Shown here: positions 52,401-64,000 of the stretch, in pieces | Layout of the letters: each line of letters starts with the position of its first letter | Numbering within the stretch: the stretch's first letter is position 1 | Assembly: GCA_964057225.1 (NCBI GenBank) | Contig: OZ059900.1 | Location: 19,964,001-20,028,000 of the forward strand | Reading direction: 5' to 3' | Length of the DNA stretch: 64,000 nt | Source of the DNA: Auanema rhodensis | Taxonomy: Eukaryota; Animalia; Nematoda | Translations under genes and position numbers: made by a program | The notes under the pieces: generated by a model | Databases searched by the model: none | What the model was told of the DNA's origin: nothing | Seen by the model: only the letters and a program-made list of their open reading frames with translations

Positions 52401-55400
52401 TTTTTGGAAATTTCGCTGTAAACAAGGTTTTGACTTACGATTTCATGTGTTCAAACTCATGCAATGTCAATGAAACCTAGCTCAAAATTGTTCGTACAAC
52501 GTCTAGTTCCATTTTCACGACAAAAAAACAGGGGTTAGAAAATTAGGGAAATTAGCATATTCTGAGGGCACGCCCCTTATGGCTAATATTGATTAAATCG
52601 ATTTTTGTTCATATGAGTCGTCAAATGCAACGAATTTCAGCGTGTTACATACTAAAATGAAGCATTTTACATGCTGAACACTAGAAAAATACAAAAACAC
52701 AGTATTTCCCATGAGAAATATTTTATTATGCTGGAAAACCAGTTTTTGGAAATTTCGCTGTAAACAAGGTTTTGACTTACGATTTCATGTGTTCAAACTC
52801 ATGCAATGTCAATGAAACCTAGCTCAAAATTGTTCGTACAACGTCTAGTTCCACTTTCACGACAAAAAAACAGGGGTTAGAAAATTAAGGAAATTAGCAT
52901 ATTCTGAGGGCACGCCCCTTATGGCTAATATTGATTAAATCGATTTTTGTTCATATGAGTCGTAAAATGCAACGAATTTCAGCGTGTTACATACTAAAAT
53001 GAAGCATTTTACATGCTGAACACTAGAAAAATACAAAAACACAGTATTTCCCATGAGAAATATTTTATTATGCTGGAAAACCAGTTTTTGGAAATTTCGC
53101 TGTAAACAAGGTTTTGACTTACGATTTCATGTGTTCAAACTCATGCAATGTCAATGAAACCTAGCTCAAAATTGTTCGTACAACGTCTAGTTCCACTTTC
53201 ACGACAAAAAAACAGGGGTTAGAAAATTAGGGAAATTAGCATATTCTGAGGGCACGCCCCTTATGGCTAATATTGATTAAATCCATTTTTGTTCATATGA
53301 GTCGTCAAATGCAACGAATTTCAGCGTGTTACATACTAAAATGAAGCATTTTACAAGCTGAACACTAGAAAAATACAAAACACAGTATTTCCCATGAGAA
53401 ATATTTTATTATGCTGGAAAACCAGTTTTTGGAAATTTCGCTGTAAACAAGGTTTTGACTTACGATTTCATGTGTTCAAACTCATGCAATGTCAATGAAA
53501 CCTAGCTCAAAATTGTTCGTACAACGTCTAGTTCCACTTTCACGACAAAAAAACAGGGGTTAGAAAATTAAGGAAATTAGCATATTCTGAGGGCACGCCC
53601 CTTATGGCTAATATTGATTAAATCGATTTTTGTTCATATGAGTCGTCAAAGGGGACGAATTTCAGCGTGTTACATACTAAAAAGAAGCATTTTACATGCT
53701 GAGCACTAGAAAAATACAAAAACACAGTATTTCCCATGAGAAATATTTTATTATGCTGGAAAACCAGTTTTTGGAAATTTCGCTGTAAACAAGGTTTTGA
53801 CTTACGATTTCATGTGTTCAAACTCATGCAATGTCAATGAAGCTTAGCTCAAAATTGTTCGTACAACGTCTAGTTCCACTTTCACGACAAAAAAACAGGG
53901 GTTAGAAAATTAAGGAAATTAGCATATTCTGAGGGCACGCCCCTTATGGCTAATATTGATTAAATCGATTTTTGTTCATATGAGTCGTCAAATGCAACGA
54001 ATTTCAGCGTGTTACATACTAAAATGAAGCATTTTACATGCTGAACACTAGAAAAATACAAAAACACAGTATTTCCCATGAGAAATATTTTATTATGCTG
54101 GAAAACCAGTTTTTGGAAATTTCGCTGTAAACAAGGTTTTGACTTACGATTTCATGTGTTCAAACTCATGCAATGTCAATGAAACCTAGCTCAAAATTGT
54201 TCGTACAACGTCTAGTTCCACTTTCACGACAAAAAAACAGGGGTTAGAAAATTAAGGAAATTAGCATATTCTGAGGGCACGCCCCTTATGGCTAATATTG
54301 ATTAAATCGATTTTTGTTCATATGAGTCGTCAAAGGGGACGAATTTCAGCGTGTTACATACTAAAAAGAAGCATTTTACATGCTGAGCACTAGAAAAATA
54401 CAAAAACACAGTATTTCCCATGAGAAATATTTTATTATGCTGGAAAACCAGTTTTTGGAAATTTCGCTGTAAACAAGGTTTTGACTTACGATTTCATGTG
54501 TTCAAACTCATGCAATGTCAATGAAGCTTAGCTCAAAATTGTTCGTACAACGTCTAGTTCCACTTTCACGACAAAAAAACAGGGGTTAGAAAATTAAGGA
54601 AATTAGCATATTCTGAGGGCACGCCCCTTATGGCTAATATTGATTAAATCGATTTTTGTTCATATGAGTCGTCAAATGCAACGAATTTCAGCGTGTTACA
54701 TACTAAAATGAAGCATTTTACATGCTGAACACTAGAAAAATACAAAAACACAGTATTTCCCATGAGAAATATTTTATTATGCTGGAAAACCAGTTTTTGG
54801 AAATTTCGCTGTAAACAAGGTTTTGACTTACGATTTCATGTGTTCAAACTCATGCAATGTCAATGAAACTTAGCTCAAAATTGTTCGTACAACGTCTAGT
54901 TCCACTTTCACGACAAAAAAACAGGGGTTAGAAAATTAAGGAAATTAGCATACTCTGAGGGCACGCCCCTTATGGCTAATATTGATTAAATCGATTTTTG
55001 TTCATATGAGTCGTCAAATGCAACGAATTTCAGCGTGTTACATACTAAAATGAAGCATTTTACATGCTGAACACTAGAAAAATACAAAAACACAGTATTT
55101 CCCATGAGAAATATTTTATTATGCTGGAAAACCAGTTTTTGGAAATTTCGCTGTAAACAAGGTTTTGACTTACGATTTCATGTGTTCAAACTCATGCAAT
55201 GTCAATGAAACCTAGCTCAAAATTGTTCGTACAACGTCTAGTTCCACTTTCACGACAAAAAAACAGGGGTTAGAAAATTAAGGAAATTAGCATATTCTGA
55301 GGGCACGCCCCTTATGGCTAATATTGATTAAATCGATTTTTGTTCATATGAGTCGTCAAATGCAATGAATTTCAGCGTGTTACATACTAAAATGAAGCAT

Positions 55401-58000
55401 TTTACATGCTGAACACTAGAAAAACACAAAAACACAGTATTTCCCATGAGAAATATTTTATTATGCTGGAAAACCAGTTTTTGGAAATTTCGCTGTAAAC
55501 AAGGTTTTGACTTACGATTTCATGTGTTCAAACTCATGCAATGTCAATGAAACCTAGCTCAAAATTGTTCGTACAACGTCTAGTTCCACTTTCACGACAA
55601 AAAAACAGGGGTTAGAAAATTAAGGAAAATAGCATATTCTGAGGGCACGCCCCTTATGGCTAATATTGATTAAATCGATTTTTGTTCATATGAGTCGTCA
55701 AATGCAACGAATTTCAGCGTGTTACATACTAAAATGAAGCATTTTACATGCTGAACACTAGAAAAATACAAAAACACAGTATTTCCCATGAGAAATATTT
55801 TATTATGCTGGAAAACCAGTTTTTGGAAATTTCGCTGTAAACAAGGTTTTGACTTACGATTTCATGTGTTCAAACTCATGCAATGTCAATGAAACCTAGC
55901 TCAAAATTGTTCGTACAACGTCTAGTTCCACTTTCACGACAAAAAAACAGGGGTTAGAAAATTAAGGAAATTAGCATATTCTGAGGGCACGCCCCTTATG
56001 GCTAATATTGATTAAATCGATTTTTGTTCATATGAGTCGTAAAATGCAACGAATTTCAGCGTGTTACATACTAAAATGAAGCATTTTACATGCTGAACAC
56101 TAGAAAAATACAAAAACACAGTATTTCCCATGAGAAATATTTTATTATGCTGGAAAACCAGTTTTTGGAAATTTCGCTGTAAACAAGGTTTTGACTTACG
56201 ATTTCATGTGTTCAAACTCATGCAATGTCAATGAAACCTAGCTCAAAATTGTTCGTACAACGTCTAGTTCCACTTTCACGACAAAAAAACAGGGGTTAGA
56301 AAATTAGGGAAATTAGCATATTCTGAGGGCACGCCCCTTATGGCTAATATTGATTAAATCCATTTTTGTTCATATGAGTCGTCAAATGCAACGAATTTCA
56401 GCGTGTTACATACTAAAATGAAGCATTTTACAAGCTGAACACTAGAAAAATACAAAACACAGTATTTCCCATGAGAAATATTTTATTATGCTGGAAAACC
56501 AGTTTTTGGAAATTTCGCTGTAAACAAGGTTTTGACTTACGATTTCATGTGTTCAAACTCATGCAATGTCAATGAAACCTAGCTCAAAATTGTTCGTACA
56601 ACGTCTAGTTCCACTTTCACGACAAAAAAACAGGGGTTAGAAAATTAAGGAAATTAGCATATTCTGAGGGCACGCCCCTTATGGCTAATATTGATTAAAT
56701 CGATTTTTGTTCATATGAGTCGTCAAATGCAACGAATTTCAGCGTGTTACATACTAAAATGAAGCATTTTACATGCTGAACACTAGAAAAATACAAAAAC
56801 ACAGTATTTCCCATGAGAAATATTTTATTATGCTGGAAAACCAGTTTTTGGAAATTTCGCTGTAAACAAGGTTTTGACTTACGATTTCATGTGTTCAAAC
56901 TCATGCAATGTCAATGAAACCTAGCTCAAAATTGTTCGTACAACGTCTAGTTCCACTTTCACGACAAAAAAACAGGGGTTAGAAAATTAAGGAAATTAGC
57001 ATATTCTGAGGGCACGCCCCTTATGGCTAATATTGATTAAATCGATTTTTGTTCATATGAGTCGTAAAATGCAACGAATTTCAGCGTGTTACATACTAAA
57101 ATGAAGCATTTTACATGCTGAACACTAGAAAAATACAAAAACACAGTATTTCCCATGAGAAATATTTTATTATGCTGGAAAACCAGTTTTTGGAAATTTC
57201 GCTGTAAACAAGGTTTTGACTTACGATTTCATGTGTTCAAACTCATGCAATGTCAATGAAACCTAGCTCAAAATTGTTCGTACAACGTCTAGTTCCACTT
57301 TCACGACAAAAAAACAGGGGTTAGAAAATTAGGGAAATTAGCATATTCTGAGGGCACGCCCCTTATGGCTAATATTGATTAAATCCATTTTTGTTCATAT
57401 GAGTCGTCAAATGCAACGAATTTCAGCGTGTTACATACTAAAATGAAGCATTTTACAAGCTGAACACTAGAAAAATACAAAACACAGTATTTCCCATGAG
57501 AAATATTTTATTATGCTGGAAAACCAGTTTTTGGAAATTTCGCTGTAAACAAGGTTTTGACTTACGATTTCATGTGTTCAAACTCATGCAATGTCAATGA
57601 AACCTAGCTCAAAATTGTTCGTACAACGTCTAGTTCCACTTTCACGACAAAAAAACAGGGGTTAGAAAATTAAGGAAATTAGCATATTCTGAGGGCACGC
57701 CCCTTATGGCTAATATTGATTAAATCGATTTTTGTTCATATGAGTCGTCAAAGGGGACGAATTTCAGCGTGTTACATACTAAAAAGAAGCATTTTACATG
57801 CTGAACACTAGAAAAATACAAAAACACAGTATTTCCCATGAGAAATATTTTATTATGCTGGAAAACCAGTTTTTGGAAATTTCGCTGTAAACAAGGTTTT
57901 GACTTACGATTTCATGTGTTCAAACTCATGCAATGTCAATGAAGCTTAGCTCAAAATTGTTCGTACAACGTCTAGTTCCACTTTCACGACAAAAAAACAG
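46500..58000 (-). repeat. Imperfect 17-monomer (5812 bp) HOR with internal 9-mer and shorter subrepeats
   Basis: GGGGAC at 47839/53651, GTAAAA at 47152/52964 and ~50229/~56041, AACAC at ~49613/~55425, all 5812 bp apart (17x342-2). Boundaries are approximate. Confidence 0.75.
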
Positions 58001-61000
58001 GGGTTAGAAAATTAAGGAAATTAGCATATTCTGAGGGCACGCCCCTTATGGCTAATATTGATTAAATCGATTTTTGTTCATATGAGTCGTCAAATGCAAC
58101 GAATTTCAGCGTGTTACATACTAAAATGAAGCATTTTACATGCTGAACACTAGAAAAATACAAAAACACAGTATTTCCCATGAGAAATATTTTATTATGC
58201 TGGAAAACCAGTTTTTGGAAATTTCGCTGTAAACAAGGTTTTGACTTACGATTTCATGTGTTCAAACTCATGCAATGTCAATGAAACCTAGCTCAAAATT
58301 GTTCGTACAACGTCTAGTTCCACTTTCACGACAAAAAAACAGGGGTTAGAAAATTAGGGAAATTAGCATATTCTGAGGGCACGCCCCTTATGGCTAATAT
58401 TGATTAAATCGATTTTTGTTCATATGAGTCGCCAAATGCAACGAATTTCAGCGTGTTACATACTAAAATGAAGCATTTTACATGCTGAACACTGGAAAAA
58501 TACAAAAACACAGTATTTCCCATGAGAAATATTTTATTATGCTGGAAAACCAGTTTTTGGAAAATTCGCTGTAAACAAGGTTTTGACTTACGATTTCATG
58601 TGTTCAAACTCATGCAATGTCAACGAAACCTAGCTCAAAATTGTTCGTACAACGTCTAGTTCCACTTTCACGACAAAAAAACAGGGGTTAGAAAATTAAG
58701 GAAATTAGCATATTCTGAGGGCACGCCCCTTATGGCTAATATTGATTAAATCGATTTTTGTTCATATGAGTCGTCAAATGCAACGAATTTCAGCGTGTTA
58801 CATACTAAAATGGAGCATTTTACATGCTGAACACTAGAAAAATACAAAAACACAGTATTTCCCATGAGAAATATTTTATTATGCTGGAAAACCAGTTTTT
58901 GGAAATTTCGCTGTAAACAAGGTTTTGACTTACGATTTCATGTGTTCAAACTCATGCAATGTCAATGAAACCTAGCTCAAAATTGTTCGTACAACGTCTA
59001 GTTCCACTTTCACGACAAAAAAACAGGGGTTAGAAAATTAGGGAAATTAGCATATTCTGAGGGCACGCCCCTTATGGCTAATATTGATTAAATCGATTTT
59101 TGTTCATATGAGTCGTCAAATGCAACGAATTTCAGCGTGTTACATACTAAAATGAAGCATTTTACATGCTGAACACTAGAAAAATACAAAAACACAGTAT
59201 TTCCCATGAGAAATATTTTATTATGCTGGAAAACCAGTTTTTGGAAATTTCGCTGTAAACAAGGTTTTGACTTACGATTTCATGTGTTCAAACTCATGCA
59301 ATGTCAATGAAACCTAGCTCAAAATTGTTCGTACAACGTCTAGTTCCACTTTCACGACAAAAAAACAGGGGTTAGAAAATTAGGGAAATTAGCATATTCT
59401 GAGGGCACGCCCCTTATGGCTAATATTGATTAAATCGATTTTTGTTCATATGAGTCGTCAAATGCAACGAATTTCAGCGTGTTACATACTAAAATGAAGC
59501 ATTTTACATGCTGAACACTAGAAAAATACAAAAACACAGTATTTCCCATGAGAAATATTTTATTATGCTGGAAAACCAGTTTTTGGAAATTTCGCTGTAA
59601 ACAAGGTTTTGACTTACGATTTCATGTGTTCAAACTCATGCAATGTCAATGAAACCTAGCTCAAAATTATTCGTACAACGTCTAGTTCCACTTTCACGAC
59701 AAAAAAACAGGGGTTAGAAAATTAAGGAAACTAGCATATTCTGAGGGCACGCCCCTTATGGCTAATATTGATTAAATCGATTTTTGTTCATATGAGTCGT
59801 CAAATGCAACGAATTTCAGCGTGTTACATACTAAAATGAAGCATTTTACATGCTGAACACTGGAAAAATACAAAAACACAGTATTTCCCATGAGAAATAT
59901 TTTATTATGCTGGAAAACCAGTTTTTGGAAATTTCGCTGTAAACAAGGTTTTGACTTACGATTTCATGTGTTCAAACTCATGCAATGTCAACGAAACCTA
60001 GCTCAAAATTGTTCGTACAACGTCTAGTTCCACTTTCACGACAAAAAAACAGGGGTTAGAAAATTAAGGAAATTAGCATATTCTGAGGGCACGCCCCTTA
60101 TGGCTAATATTGATTAAATCGATTTTTGTTCATATGAGTCGTCAAATGCAACGAATTTCAGCGTGTTACATACTAAAATGAAGCATTTTACATGCTGAAC
60201 ACTAGAAAAATACAAAAACACAGTATTTCCCATGAGAAATATTTTATTATGCTGGAAAACCAGTTTTTGGAAAATTCGCTGTAAACAAGGTTTTGACTTA
60301 CGATTTCATGTGTTCAAACTCATGCAATGTCAACGAAACCTAGCTCAAAATTGTTCGTACAACGTCTAGTTCCACTTTCACGACAAAAAAACAGGGGTTA
60401 GAAAATTAGGGAAATTAGCATATTCTGAGGGCACGCCCCTTATGGCTAATATTGATTAAATCGATTTTTGTTCATATGAGTCGCCAAATGCAACGAATTT
60501 CAGCGTGTTACATACTAAAATGAAGCATTTTACATGCTGAACACTGGAAAAATACAAAAACACAGTATTTCCCATGAGAAAATTTTTATTATGCTGGAAA
60601 ACCAGTTTTTGGAAAATTCGCTGTAAACAAGGTTTTGACTTACGATTTCATGTGTTCAAACTCATGCAATGTCAACGAAACCTAGCTCAAAATTGTTCGT
60701 ACAACGTCTAGTTCCACTTTCACGACAAAAAAACAGGGGTTAGAAAATTAAGGAAATTAGCATATTCTGAGGGCACGCCCCTTATGGCTAATATTGATTA
60801 AATCGATTTTTGTTCATATGAGTCGTCAAATGCAACGAATTTCAGCGTGTTACATACTAAAATGGAGCATTTTACATGCTGAACACTAGAAAAATACACA
60901 AACACAGTATTTCCCATGAGAAATATTTTATTATGCTGGAAAACCAGTTTTTGGAAATTTCGCTGTAAACAAGGTTTTGACTTACGATTTCATGTGTTCA

Positions 61001-61759
61001 AACTCATGCAATGTCAATGAAACCTAGCTCAAAATTGTTCGTACAACGTCTAGTTCCACTTTCACGACAAAAAAACAGGGGTTAGAAAATTAGGGAAATT
61101 AGCATATTCTGAGGGCACGCCCCTTATGGCTAATATTGATTAAAACGATTTTTGTTCATATGAGTCGTCAAATGCAACGAATTTCAGCGTGTTACATACT
61201 AAAATGAAGCATTTTACATGCTGAACACTAGAAAAATACAAAAACACAGTATTTCCCATGAGAAATATTTTATTATGCTGGAAAACCAGTTTTTGGAAAT
61301 TTCGCTGTAAACAAGGTTTTGACTTACGATTTCATGTGTTCAAACTCATGCAATGTCAATGAAACCTAGCTCAAAATTGTTCGTACAACGTCTAGTTCCA
61401 CTTTCACGACAAAAAAACAGGGGTTAGAAAATTAAGGAAATTAGCATATTCTGAGGGCACGCCCCTTATGGCTAATATTGATTAAATCGATTTTTGTTCA
61501 TATGAGTCGTCAAATGCAACGAATTTCAGCGTGTTACATACTAAAATGAAGCATTTTACATGCTGAACACTAGAAAAATACAAAAACACAGTATTTCCCA
61601 TGAGAAATATTTTATTATGCTGGAAAACCAGTTTTTGGAAATTTCGCTGTAAACAAGGTTTTGACTTACGATTTCATGTGTTCAAACTCATGCAATGTCA
61701 ATGAAACCTAGCTCAAAATTGTTCGTACAACGTCTAGTTCCACTTTCACGACAAAAAAA

Positions 61760-63200
61760 CAGGGGTTAGAAAATTAAGCAAATTAGCATATTCTGAGGGC
61801 ACGCCCCTTATGGCTAATATTGATTAAATCGATTTTTGTTCATATGAGTCGTCAAATGCAACGAATTTCAGCGTGTTACATACTAAAATGAAGCATTTTA
61901 CATGCTGAACACTAGAAAAATACAAAAACACAGTATTTCCCATGAGAAATATTTAGTTATGCTGGAAAACCAGTTTTTGGAAATTTCGCTGTAAACAAGG
62001 TTTTGACTTACGATTTCATGTGTTCAAACTCATGCAATGTCAATGAAACCTAGCTCAAAATTGTTCGTACAACGTCTAGTTCCACTTTCACGACAAAAAA
62101 ACAGGGGGTAGAAAATTAGGGAAATTAGCATATTCTGAGGGCACGCCCCTTATGGCTAATATTGATTAAATCGATTTTTGTTCATATGAGTCGTCAAATG
62201 CAACGAATTTCAGCGTGTTACATACTAAAATGAAGCATTTTACATGCTGAACACTAGAAAAATACAAAAACACAGTATTTCCCATGAGAAATATTTTATT
62301 ATGCTGGAAAACCAGTTTTTGGAAATTTCGCTGTAAACAAGGTTTTGACTTACGATTTCATGTGTTCAAACTCATGCAATGTCAATGAAACCTAGCTCAA
62401 AATTGTTCGTACAACGTCTAGTTCCTCTGTCATGACAAAAAAACATGGGTTAGAAAATTAAGGAAATTAGCATATTCTGAGGGCACGCCCCTTATGGCTA
62501 ATATTGATTAAAACGATTTTTGTTCATATGAGTCGTCAAATGCAACGAATTTCAGCGTGTTACATACTAAAATGAAGCATTTTACATGCTGAACACTAGA
62601 AAAATACAAAAACACAGTATTTCCCATGAGAAATATTTTATTATGCTGGAAAACCAGTTTTTGGAAATTTCGCTGTAAACAAGGTTTTGACTTACGATTT
62701 CATGTGTTCAAACTCATGCAATGTCAATGAAACCTAGCTCAAAATTGTTCGTACAACGTCTAGTTCCACTTTCACGACAAAAAAACAGGGGTTAGAAAAT
62801 TAAGGAAATTAGCATATTCTGAGGGCACGCCCCTTATGGCTAATATTGATTAAATCGATTTTTGTTCATATGAGTCGTCAAATGCAACGAATTTCAGCGT
62901 GTTACATACTAAAATGAAGCATTTTACATGCTGAACACTAGAAAAATACAAAAACACAGTATTTCCCATGAGAAATATTTTATTATGCTGGAAAACCAGT
63001 TTTTGGAAATTTCGCTGTAAACAAGGTTTTGACTTACGATTTCATGTGTTCAAACTCATGCAATGTCAATGAAACCTAGCTTAAAATTGTTCGTACAACG
63101 TCTAGTTCCACTTTCACGACAAAAAAACAGGGGTTAGAAAATTAAGCAAATTAGCATATTCTGAGGGCACGCCCCTTATGGCTAATATTGATTAAATCGA
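61760..63200 (-). repeat. Direct copy of the junction-proximal block (~40560-42000)
   Basis: The same ordered rare variants occur at a constant 21,199-bp offset (40580/61779, 40757/61956, 41883/63082, 41948/63147). Confidence 0.88.
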
Positions 63201-64000
63201 TTTTTGTTCATATGAGTCGTCAAATGCAACGAATTTCAGCGTGTTACATACTAAAATGAAGCATTTTACATGCTGAACACTAGAAAAATACAAAAACACA
63301 GTATTTCCCATGAGAAATATTTTATTATGCTGGAAAACCAGTTTTTGGAAAATTCGCTGTAAACAAGGTTTTGACTTACGATTTCATGTGTTCAAACTCA
63401 TGCAATGTCAACGAAACCTAGCTCAAAATTGTTCGTACAACGTCTAGTTCCACTTTCACGACAAAAAAACAGGGGTTAGAAAATTAGGGAAATTAGCATA
63501 TTCTGAGGGCACGCCCCTTATGGCTAATATTGATTAAATCGATTTTTGTTCATATGAGTCGCCAAATGCAACGAATTTCAGCGTGTTACATACTTAAATG
63601 AAGCATTTTACATGCTGAACACTGGAAAAATACAAAAACACAGTATTTCCCATGAGAAAATTTTTATTATGCTGGAAAACCAGTTTTTGGAAAATTCGCT
63701 GTAAACAAGGTTTTGACTTACGATTTCATGTGTTCAAACTCATGCAATGTCAACGAAACCTAGCTCAAAATTGTTCGTACAACGTCTAGTTCCACTTTCA
63801 CGACAAAAAAACAGGGGTTAGAAAATTAAGGAAATTAGCATATTCTGAGGGCACGCCCCTTATGGCTAATATTGATTAAATCGATTTTTGTTCATATGAG
63901 TCGTCAAATGCAACGAATTTCAGCGTGTTACATACTAAAATGAAGCATTTTACATGCTGAACACTAGAAAAATACAAAAACACAGTATTTCCCATGAGAA

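Larger units (their letters stand above)
39293..64000 (-). repeat. Satellite DNA array, right arm: ~72 monomers of the same 342-bp satellite in reverse-complement orientation
   Basis: From 39293 the sequence reads as the reverse complement of the monomer (e.g. ...GTCAATGAAACCTAGCTCAA, GAGGGCACGCCCCTTATGGC) with 342-bp period and five 1-bp deletions. It continues beyond the right edge. Confidence 0.99.

Noticed and set aside
1-64000. CRISPR array or other repeat-spacer system
   Set aside because: There are no unique spacers, leader or cas genes. The entire period is repeated.

Overview
The whole 64 kb is one highly homogeneous, AT-rich (~66% AT) tandem satellite array of a 342-bp monomer (~187 copies, typically 0-7 differences from consensus). 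It looks like eukaryotic centromeric/pericentromeric heterochromatin. I cannot assign the species or family name from memory. There are no genes, RNA genes, transposons or CRISPR spacers, and all six frames of the monomer contain stops. The main structural event is a polarity switch at 39292/39293: 115 monomers plus 51 bp in + orientation are joined bluntly to ~72 monomers in - orientation, making the window a giant inverted repeat with a 148-bp asymmetric centre. Rare diagnostic variants show (i) local higher-order repeats of 4, 5, 6, 9/15 and 17 monomers, (ii) a mirror-image order of variant monomers across the junction (12.6-16.7 kb vs 56.9-60.0 kb), suggesting an older inverted duplication rather than a simple flip, (iii) a direct re-duplication over 21,199 bp, (iv) a 42-bp deletion copied into two different contexts, and (v) complex mutations that look templated by the monomer's own dyad symmetries. 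I found no evidence for a new protein-coding or RNA system. The interesting signal is the recombination and repair history recorded in the array. Monomer positions are numbered from window base 1. All counts were made by eye and need computational confirmation.
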